Shown: in pieces, positions 50,682 through 60,930 of the stretch
Layout of the letters: every line of letters starts with the position of its first letter
Position numbering within the stretch: the stretch's first letter is position 1
Translations under genes and position numbers: made by a program
The notes under the pieces: model-generated
The model's database searches: none
What the model saw: only the letters and a program-made list of their open reading frames with translations
Told to the model about the DNA's origin: nothing
Origin: Anthoceros angustus
Taxonomy: Eukaryota; Plantae; Anthocerotophyta
Reading direction: 5' to 3'
NCBI GenBank assembly: GCA_010909165.1
Contig: MU008179.1
Coordinates: 992,001 to 1,056,000, forward strand
Length of the DNA stretch: 64,000 nucleotides

Positions 50682-51640
50682 CTTGCACCTTTAAAATCAC
50701 TGCACAAACAAGACAAGCTTGGGCACGCCCACGTGCTCGTTTCCACCTAGTGGTCACCTCAGTGCCTACACACAATTGCGAGATTTCTTCACTCGCCACA
50801 CAAGATCCACCAGGAGAGCAACTTCATCCCCTTTTCCACTTACTTCCTCTTCACTCCACAGTCCCACCTAGCTCAAACTTGGTGTCCTCACAACATACAC
50901 CTCCTTACGTGCCCAAATCCCTCACTTGCAAGGTTCTGGGCACACAAAAAATCAGCGCCCTTGCTCTCTTCACAGTCGTGCGTCAAATCCCTTCACACAC
51001 AACTCCTTACGCACGCACACCACCTTCTCCTTGCACACACACGGCACCGCGTTCCCACCAAGTCCTTGCTCTAGCTTTCCGTGCATGCCCAAGCTCTTCC
51101 TCGCGATTCCTCACGGTGCCCTAGGTGCCACTCCTACACACCCGCTTGCATGGCCCTTTGGTAGTGACAAAAACTCTTGATATAGGCCGTTGATTCCTTG
51201 CCATGTGGCACTATTTCCACCGTCCTCGATTTAGTAGCCCTACTTGTTATAAACACCCTACACTACCTGCCTTACATATTTATGGATAATTATTCCTAAT
51301 ATACCCTATTTATCCTCAACCTTGCATACAGACCCTTTTAACAACTTCCTAGGTTGAAACCTGCCTAATACGAAAAGCTTGCTTCCCAAGTATCCAAGTA
51401 GGGTGTCGCGCCCACCTCCGCCCACGTAGGGAGACCAGGGGAGACACTCTCATGACACTCTCATCCTACCTACCTATCCAACTATATCCAACTACCGTCC
51501 GTAGGGAGTGTCACCCTACCTGCTACTTCACGACACTGTCCGTAGGGAGTGTCACCCTACCTGCTACTTCACGACACTCCTACCTGCTACTTCACCCCTA
51601 CCTGCTACTTCACCCACCGTCCGTACTGCCCATGACCTAT

Positions 51641-51836
51641 CTATGTAGGGTCACCTTTGTCACCCTACGTCTACTATGTAGGGTCACCTTTGTCACCCTA
51701 CGTCTACTATGTAGGGTCACCTTGTCACCCCACGTCTACTATGTAGGGTCACCTTTGTCACCCCTGCCCACTATGTAGGGTCACCTTTGTCACCCTACGT
51801 CTACTATGTAGGGTCACCTTTGTCACCCTACGTCTA
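51641..51836. repeat. Six tandem copies of a 32-33-bp hairpin unit
   Basis: CTATGTAGGGTCACCTTTGTCACCCTACGTCTA; internal 7-bp stem GTAGGGT/ACCCTAC; no spacers. Confidence 0.92.
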
Positions 51837-52911
51837 CTCTATGTCACCCTACGCCTACTCTATGTAGGGTTAGAAGAAGAAGAAGAATTTTATTTGAGTC
51901 CACTAAGGACGGATTTCCGTCATGGGACTTGGTACTTGACAACTTGTACCATGGTGTGCCTAAGCTACTTGCACCAAGGGCATCCACTCCTTTAGGCACC
52001 CCATCTAAGCACCGATCTAGGCTCGGGATGCTTAATCACGGCGTTCATAAATGTGTGTCCATTTGGCCTAAGCCATTTGGACACCCCACGACGCCAACCA
52101 TCACCCTACATCTACCTTGTAGGATGCACCTCCCCTACGGGAGTGCCATGCCACGTCCACTACCACCCCTACACCTCCTTCGCGTAGGGTGCACCACTCA
52201 AACCTCTCCCAATTAGCTCTCATGTGACACGCCTATAATGTGAAACACCCCACACAAAAGGTGCCCCATCCCGGTACTAATCCACCCCTAGGACGCTTAA
52301 CTCGAGTTCTTACATTCCATTGTCCAACACACCCAATTGACTTGTGCATAACACTCATCAAGAATAAAATGAACTTATCCTCGGTGAACTTCTCACGCCT
52401 CCACAACATCTCGTACCAACCCTCCTTGCTATCCATTTCTCCTCGCGGCCATCACACGGCCTCCCTTCACTTTCACTTGCAGCCCCACTGCAAATTCCGC
52501 CGTCGTGATGCACACCCCGTGGTGATCTCTTCCCCATGTTGCAGCCCACCTGCAACACCCTTCCTGTGGTCTTGCCTCTACCTAGATCTCTACTTGCACT
52601 CACTTGAGTCTGAGCTTCCACCAAGAAATACCCAGCAATTCCTTTGGCACTTTTCCGAGTTCGTTTTGATCCAAGTTTTGTCAACTCCAACCAAAAAAAA
52701 ATGAATGGCCCAAAGTTTTGCATTTCACACCGGGCTCCCTCTAGAGTGTAGTCCGTAGCTCCTCCGGAGTGTGCTCCAGAGTCCTTCGGCCTACTCCGGA
52801 GTCCCTCGATCTACTCCGGAGTGCAGTCCGGAGTGCTCCGGACTTATTTCTTCCTTTCCGCCTTATTTTCTACTCCACCCCTACGAAAAAAAACAAAACT
52901 TAACTCATTTC

Positions 52912-54776
52912 CTACCCCATGGGAGAGTCCGCGGTCCACACCATGTTATCTCCCCGCCCTTCTCCGATTTGGTCGCCTGGCCCTTCGTCCTCTGCTGCTA
53001 AATCCATGGGCCCTCCTTCCTCGTTGCTGGTCTGGTGAATCCTCCCATAAACTCTCCACCGTTTTTCCATGAACCCAAGTCCCAGCTCTCTCACCAATTC
53101 TCCAGCTCGGACCCTCCATTAGTCCATATTGGGCCATTGGGCTGTCGAAATTTCCGCTGCGGCCTTGGGCGCCATGCTCCTGCAAAAACCTCACTGCTCA
53201 CGGCGCCTCGAATTGCTGATAGCTCGCCTCAGAATCTCCAACTTGGTCGGTCCCCCAGGGTTTCTTCCTTCCCAAACTCGCGAGCTTCCCGCCACTGTGG
53301 CCGCCTTCTTGACCTCGATCTGAGCTCTGTTACCTGTCGGAATTGCAGGAGCTACCAGGTTGCCGCGCGCGATGCCTTCCGAGTTCCCTTAGGGTTATAT
53401 TTCCCCGAAACTCCTCCTACCACGGTAGGAGTTCCTACCGGGGCCGTTTCTTCTTCCTCACCCCTTCCTGGGGTGATTCTCTCCCCCTGTGAAGCTCCTC
53501 CCGCTTCACTCGCTTCTTCCTGGTGCGAAGTTCCTTCACCCCTGTTGCTTGGGACACTCTCCGCTCGCCTACCTGCAATTTCTCTTGCTTGATAGGTCCT
53601 TGTCTTTTCGCCTCCGTCTTTAAGAATTCAACTCTCCTCTTGGCGGCTCCTATGTCTACCTTGCTGAACATCTCCCCTATGCGCAGCATCTCTTCCAACA
53701 TGTCTAAGTGTCCTTTCTTACCCCCGGGAGACTCAGGGCCTTTGCCTTGCTCATGGGATCTTACATCCCTTGCTTCCCTATGATGAGCTCCCCGCTCATC
53801 ACTTGGTGGGGCAACTCTTCCCACCGTGACTCCATCCGCTCGCCCACCTAACGGGGCCGGTTGCCTTCTTATCTCCCGCTTGGGAGCTTCCAAACCATGA
53901 CTTCCTTTCCCTCCTACCGTGGTAGGAGGTGCTCCTACCACCGTAGGACTACTTCCTACTGTGGTAGGACTAGTTCCTACCACCGTAGGTCTTGTCATGA
54001 GAGGGCGAGAGGGGTCCCAAACCACTGTGGGAACACCTCCCACCGTGGTGATCTCTTCCCACCGTGGTAGGATCTATCCTACCTTCCATCTCCGCATCTT
54101 CTGCGGTCCAAACTTCAAATCCCCCTACAACTTCTCCTTGCAAGTCCTCCTGCACATCCTCTGGCCTATCTTTTGGAGGGATTCCTTCCAGCAACAATGT
54201 TCCAGGTGGTGCTGCGGGTACCTCCTTTAGCTGCAAAGCACCAAGCAATCCCTGTCCCTCTCCCGACTGTAAGTATACAACGTTAAAGGGATGCTTGGAA
54301 TCATCCAACTCCTTACTTGTGAGCAGCCCCTCTACTTCCCACAAATGCACTAGATAAGTGCTAAGATAGCACGGCCGTGGACTACCTTTATCCGACGCGT
54401 TGGGTTTCAGCAACTTTTCCCGGTGGTAGATGTATGCTTCATACATGATGAGCCCCCAATCCGGCTTCACTCCTTGAGTGATCTTCCATAGAAAATGGAG
54501 GAAGGTGGTGCTGAAGTATGACACTCTCGGATTGCTCACCAGGTCCAAAACAATCCTTGTGAACAATCTTTACTTGGGCTCCAATATCTGGTCCGTCCGC
54601 CAACCGTTCTTGGATTTAGCCTTCATTCCCCCTTGCATAAGTGTGAGGGCTCCCTTAGGAAGGTCCACCGTTGATGCACGCTTGCCTCCACTTGTTCCTT
54701 CCATCAACGTGATCCCGCTATCCTTGCTATCCAGCCTGATCCTACCGCCGTAGGAGTAACTCCTACCGTGGTAGGA
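52912..54776 (-). pseudogene. C-terminal part of the element H accessory ORF
   Basis: SYHGRSYSYGGRIRLDSKDSGITLMEG..KSKNGW..EPK*RLFTRIVLDLVSNPRVSYF..KPDWGLIMY..CYLSTYLVHLW, then PTTVG repeats and a charged tail; frameshifted. Confidence 0.7.
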
Positions 54777-55030
54777 GAAGGGGGAAAACGCCTACCATGG
54801 TAGGAGGGTGTCCTACCACGGTAGGAGATGGGTTGGTAAGGAAAGTAGCTTATGTTTTAGGCAGGATAGGCTTGCTGTACATAGGGTCTTTTAGTGGACT
54901 AGATAAATAGGCCAAAATAGGTAATTAAGAAATTAGAGGCTAATTTTTAGTAATTAGAAATTAGGAAAATAAGGGAAAATGGTATTTTAGCATAAGGGGA
55001 TTAGGAAACTAGCATCAACGGTGGGAAGGG

Positions 55031-55104
55031 TGCCACGTGGCACACATCCAAGGGCAGGATAGAATGGTAGTTACTTTTTTTAACCCTTGGGTGACTTATA
55101 AAAG
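55031..55104 (+). promoter_or_regulatory. Putative promoter of the accessory ORF: palindromic G-box-like TGCCACGTGGCA plus TATA
   Basis: ACGGTGGGAAGGGTGCCACGTGGCA ... CTTATAAAAG; counterpart ACGGTGGAAATAGTGCCACATGGCA..CCTATATCA upstream of the LTR ORF (about 38883-38838, minus). Confidence 0.5.
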
Positions 55105-56265
55105 TGGCTGCAGGTGCCTGTAGGAGGCCATATCTCAGAAACTCAACAAGACAGCCTCACTGCAGGAAGGCGCCGCCACATCGCAAGCTTCCCAAGGCCC
55201 CCATACAGCAACGCGCCGTACACGCGCCCGTGTTGAGGAGGAGAAGAAGGGCGCGAGCCCAACAAGGCGGCGGAAATCCGCCAGGCGCCCAAGAGAAAGG
55301 GCAGGAGGAAATTGAGGAAGAGGAGAAGGGAGAAGAAGGTTGGGGCGCAACCCAACACTTGCCAAGCTCGTGAGGGTGCCTAGGAGGGTGGAGCGTGGTA
55401 GGATTGCTAGGAAAACGTGAAGGAAGAGCTCCTAAATTGCTGTGGCAGGTGTAAGAGTCCATTGGAGAATTTTGGTGAGCTTTCTCTTGTAGGAGAAATT
55501 GGGGTTTTTGAGGACGTCAAGGTGTAAGGGCTGCAGGAGGAGAGCAAGGACAAGGACCTTGGTGCTGTGATCAGGAGCAAATCGCTGAGGAGGAGAAACG
55601 TTTGCAAGGATAGGAAGCTGGCAAGTGCTGCAGAAATTGCAGGAGAAGCATCTCTTTTCTTCAATTTCACGCAAGTACTAACCAAGGAGGCCATGACCAA
55701 GCCTACCATGACCAAGGGCAAGGAGGTAGTTGCCAAGGAAGGAGCGTCCACCAAGGGAGGTGGCGCAAGAGCGGGTAAGAAGTGATGAAATATGACCTAT
55801 TTAGGGCACTCTTCACTAGGGCACCTAAGACTATTAATTAACTTAGTTCTTAGGGCTTTAGGTAGTCTATTGAGTAGTTAGTTGTTACAACCACTTAGAG
55901 GTTAGAACTACTTATGGTTACAACCACCTTATGGTTGTAACCACTTAGCCTATATAAAGGCTTTGTACTTTCTATTATAATCAATGCATACAACTCTTTT
56001 TGTGCAAAGCTTTCTACTATCTGCTTGCTATGTTTTGCTACCTAGAGCAGCTATGATTCTCATCATGGTATCAGAGCATTCTGCTCTCTATTTGCATTGG
56101 GCAACTTGACATGCTGATCTACTCTTCTTCTTCATCTTCTTCTTCATTTCTTTTTAGAAGATGCATAGATTCTTTAGATTGCATGTCATAGATTGTTGTC
56201 ATGTTTGCAGGTTCCTTAATCTTCAATAATGCACACACAGTGCATCCAATCCTTGCTTCAACGCG

Positions 56266-56786
56266 ATGGACCCCTTCAATCCTCGCAAGCAAGGCTATTG
56301 GAAGAAGATTAAGGCTGCAAGACAAGAGATAGAATATAGGAATGCAAAGATTAGAATTGCTAGGAAGTCTAGTAAGATAGTAGGAGATTCCATACTTATT
56401 GCTAACTTCATTGGCTCTATTCTAATCAAAGTAGAAGATCAAGGGAGGCAGATAGAAATTGCTAGAAGAAACTTGCTTACTATCTTTAGTTTAAGTCAAG
56501 TGAAAGCAATTGAACTCGCTCTTGATCATATCCCAAATCTACAAGTGTCCTCTTCCTCGCTGCTCCAATGCAGTTCACAACGCAACAAGCATAGAGGAGT
56601 TAGCAAGAGAAGTGCGTGATCTCAATAAGCGCCTCCTTGAGCATCGATCCAAACATGCCGAGTGTCTTCATCACAAACTTTCCCTTCTTTCGACAAACAC
56701 GCCAAGAGAGAAAAGGTTTCTTCTTGTTTTGCTCCTTGCCTGATGTTCTGCATGATGATGAGGAAATGCGAGGCGCTGCACTCTAA
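56266..56786 (+). pseudogene. Upstream accessory ORF of copia-3 (about 170 codons, frameshifted)
   Basis: ORFs 56266-56619 and 56510-56743 plus a tail stopping at 56786, 6 nt before the gag ATG at 56793; similar to the copia-0 upstream ORF. Confidence 0.6.
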
Positions 56787-56792
56787 GTCGCA

Positions 56793-59700
56793 ATGACCAC
56801 CGCAATGGCTGGTTCCGGACGTGACGACGATCGAGAGAGAGAGGAGAGGAAGGATCCACCCAAAGATGAAGTACGACCTTCCGTGGTGAATCACAACTAT
56901 GGTGAGTTTAAGGAGAAGGACAGATTCAATGGGCGGCGTGACGTTTGGCGCTGCGAATCGTGCACTTTTCCGCAATCGAGACCTATGGGACGTTGTAAGT
57001 GGGTCCACACCAAACCACAGCTAGAGCAAAGAAAGGGACGCCAGGATGAAAAAGCTCAAGACCTCGATCGGTGGACTAGCACTTAATATGGTAAGACAAT
57101 GCGTCAAGCAAAACTTCTAAAGATGTGGGATCACCTTGCTCTTATATTCTTCAAGAGATGTGATGAGTATGATGACGCAACTTCTTCAATCAAGATGAAG
57201 GAATCGAGTCGAACACCATATCAACACTTTCCGAAGCTAGATCTCAATATGAAGCCGCCACCAACACCTCCGCCTCTCGAACTTGTTGCATTCCTTGTTC
57301 TCTTGATTTCCCTCCCACCCTCCTAGACCATTTCTCACCACACGTGGTTCGACAAGCCCAAAAGAATTGCGGCTGGCGAAGACCTCGACATCGTGTCGCA
57401 GAACTCATCGGAGCCATGATTCGAGGAGTCCAGCTTATGAGCCCAAGTCCAGCCGGTGAATGTCTGGAAGAGGCGAGGAAGAGGCGGCAAAAGTTCTCCT
57501 TCCAATAGACGCTTATTCCACACCAAACAAATATCATGGCGAATCCAACTCTTCCACACCTTCCGTGGTAACAAAAGAGTGGAATTATTTGTAATTGGTG
57601 CGAATTCCTAATCACATGGAAAAGGATTGTAGAAAGAAGAAGAATGGGAACCTAGATCGAGGCTCCGCTCATGTTGCTTCGAAGAAACACTCTTCATCAA
57701 CAACACGTGTGCTCACTATTTGCCTTGCATCCTCTAAGCCGGCCACCGTTTATTGGTACCTGGACAGTGGAGCAACATCACATATCTGCTACAACAAAGA
57801 CTCCTTTGGGTCATACACCCCAGCCACAGGACATCCGACTGTTCTCCTGGGCGGTGATCACACCCTTCCCATAGCGGGCCTAGGTTCTGTTGTCCTCAGA
57901 TGTGATTCAGGTCAGACTCTTCATCTTCACCAAGTCCTCCATGTTCCTCCCATGTGCAAAAACCTAGTGTCAGCCGCTAGTCTTTGCAAAGAACACAACA
58001 TGTAGGTCCTTTTATATGCCGATAGCTGTTCCCTTTCCTACCTCAAGAATAGAACACACATATCTCTGACCGGCATCTTAGAAGATGGACTCTATAGATT
58101 GTCGAAAGTAGGAGCCACACATTCGTCAATGTAGCCTCCCAACATTCTCGCACAACCAACACACACGATGCTCGGCATTGTAGATTAGGTCACCTAATAG
58201 TCGGTTACTCCAAATGTCTAGAGACAACAGATAGAACACCTGTCTCTCCAAGGTTCACAACTTAGATTGGTGCGAAACTGTGTCCTCACAAACGTCACGA
58301 ACCTTTCAAAATCCATCTCCTCAAAGGGCCAAGTCACCTTTAGAGATAGTACACACAGACATTTGTGGACCCCTCTCTACACCCTCCTTAGGGTAGTAGA
58401 TACTTCTTAACTTTCACCGACGACTATTCCGCGCCTCCCTACATCCTCACCCAAAAGAGTGAAACTTATCGTTTTCAAGGATTACATGGCATGGGCGAAA
58501 GGCTTACGATCACAAACTCAAGACCTTACGTTCCGACAACGGTGGAGAGTTTACATCTCATAGATTTGCTGAATTTTGTCGATAAGGCGTAGCTCAACAA
58601 TTAAGTGTAGTATACACTCCTCAGCAAAATGGCGTTGCAGAAAATAAGAATCTCCGCCTCCAAGAGATTACAGTTGCTGTTAACACAAGCTAACTTATCC
58701 AAAGCTTATTGGTGAGGCCCTCCTTACAGCAACCTATCTCATGAATCGCCGACTTCCTCGTTCAAGGTATGACTCCATATGAAGCATTCACGGCAACAAG
58801 CCTTCCATAGATCACCTTCAATTTTTGGATCTCCCGCATATGTCTTTATCCCTAAAGTACAACGCAAGAAGTTAGATCCAAAAGCTGCCAAATATCTATT
58901 TATTGGCTACAAGGCATCAAAGGTTACAAGCTATTTGAACCCACAACACGGAAGCTTATATATGCCGAGTGTTACTTTTCATGAGTCTTACCTCTTTTCC
59001 CAGAAGGGAGCTGGTACATCCCCGAGGACGTCTCTTCAAGAGCCCTCGATACCTCCTCATTTGATGATACCGATTATATCACTCAATTTCCAGTTCCCGC
59101 CCACGTGTTCCGTAGTTGAACCTCTTGCAGGAGGAGGAGGAGTTAGCATCTATTCCACATGAAACACCACCGATGGCGACAACATTCAAGTCGAGGAGCC
59201 AGTTGACACTCTTATGAAGAGCATGATGACCCTCCGTGAATGACATGGAGCACCATGATCCTATTGATGTTCCGCTCCGTGGAAGATGCACCGTAACCTA
59301 CACAAAGGTACAACTTAAGAACCCGGCCCCGCAATCCGGACCCGCAGGATGGAAGGAACCTCCTTTAGGATATCTAGCTGTTTTTGATGATCCTATTCCC
59401 CTGTATCACTTTACTCACAAGTCGTATACAAGGCAACCATAGATCGGAAGAACCTCTTACCTTAAAACAAGCTTTCTCTTCTCGAAAAAGCCTTATGGAA
59501 GGTAGAGATTAATATAACTCTCTCATTAGCAACTCTACATGGGAATTGGTTAAGCCACCTAAGGGTAGGAAGATAGTCACCAGCAAATGGGTATTCAAAA
59601 TTAAGAGAAAAGGAGATGGTTCCATTGAGAGATACAAAGCACGCCTTGTGGCCAGGGGATTCACCCAGATACCGGGTTTAGATTACCTCCCATGGGCCAC

Positions 59701-60930
59701 ATTCGCTCCAGTAGCAAAGTTTGCTTCCCTTAGAATAATCTTCGCCTTAACAGCCCATCATGATCTTGAGCTTCATATGATGGATGTGAAGACAACATAT
59801 CTCTATGGCCGTCTTCAAGAAGAAATCTACATGAAACAGCCCGAAGGTTATGAGGTTAAAGGCAAGGAAGATTGGGTATGCAGACTAATTAAAGGCTTGT
59901 ATGGCTCAAGCAACTGGTAAAATTGGAATATGGACATACATGTGAAACTCATCAAAGAGGCTTCCGCAAAGTGATGCCGATGCATGCATGTATATCCTAA
60001 TATCGTGCAATGATACCTTTTACTTATTGCTCTCGTCGGACGTATTCATGGCCACAAACTCTCTTACTCTCCTAGCCGAGATCAAAAGGCGGCTCAAGAC
60101 TTTTATGAAATGTCCGATTTAGGAGAAATGACATATGCACTTGGTGTCAACATTATTAGAGATCGAGCAAACAAGACTCGAGTATTGTTCAAACCAAGTA
60201 CATTAAAGAAAGTTTAACCAAGTTTGGACTTGAAGATGCGAAACCCGCCTACACCTTTGCTAGCGGGTCGCTTACCATGGATATGAGTCCAAAGACACAA
60301 GATAAGTTGGAAATGTCGGTCCCATATCGACATGTTGGCACACTTATATATTTATCCAACTTCACTCGACCGGATATATCTTCAAGTCCCCATTCACACC
60401 GGAGAACCGACGTGAACACCGGATGTCAACTAAGCGCATATTCGATACCTCAAGGGTACCATGCACACAGGATTGACATTCAAGTATACACCGCATAAAG
60501 ACGTTGACATTAAAACTTACCGACGCCGACTAGACTTGACACACGCAGATCCGTATCGTGTACGCGTCGCTATTGGGGAGCACATATCCCGGTCAAGTAA
60601 GAAACAACCAACCATAGCCTTGTCCAAAGACCGAGTCGAGTATAGAGTACTAACCTCGGTTGCTAAAGACATAGTATGGACTAGGCTAACCTTGAGTGAA
60701 CTTCATCACAAGGTGAAAAGCCCACCTTGTTGTTGAGTGATAGTCGTGGAGCTATAGCCTTGTCAAGGAACCATCTTCCACTCTAGAACTAAACATATTG
60801 CAATATCATTATATCGAGAGAAAATAGAGGATAAAACTATAGATATTAGTTATGTTCAAACTTTAGATAATTGATTTATTAACAAAGTCACTAGGCATTG
60901 AATCGCACAGAAACATATGAAATGTTTAGG
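56793..60930 (+). pseudogene. copia-3 gag-pol (heavily frameshifted)
   Basis: Gag EFKEKDRFNG, PR WYLDSGATSHIC, IN LEIVHTDICGP near 58340, RT YKARLVARGFTQIPGLDY, RH region 60480-60930. Confidence 0.9.

Larger units (their letters stand above)
35863..52729 (-). mobile_element. Non-chromovirus (Athila-like) Ty3/gypsy element, 16.9 kb, with giant LTRs
   Basis: LTRs 35863-40131 and 48298-52729 (TG...CA). PBS at 48293-48274 complementary to the plant tRNA-Asp 3' end (TGGCGCCGTTGCCGGGGATC). PPT GTGGGGAGGGGAG before 40131. Flanks TCCGG/CCGGG (CCGG shared). Domain order gag-PR-RT-RH-IN. Confidence 0.93.
48298..52729 (-). repeat. 5' LTR of the gypsy element (4432 bp)
   Basis: Matches 35863-40131; carries an extra insertion of about 205 bp and a cleaner tandem array. 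Confidence 0.93.

Noticed and set aside
51641-51836. CRISPR-like array of 33-bp hairpin repeats
   Set aside because: Units are contiguous with no unique spacers, there are no cas genes, and the context is a eukaryotic LTR.
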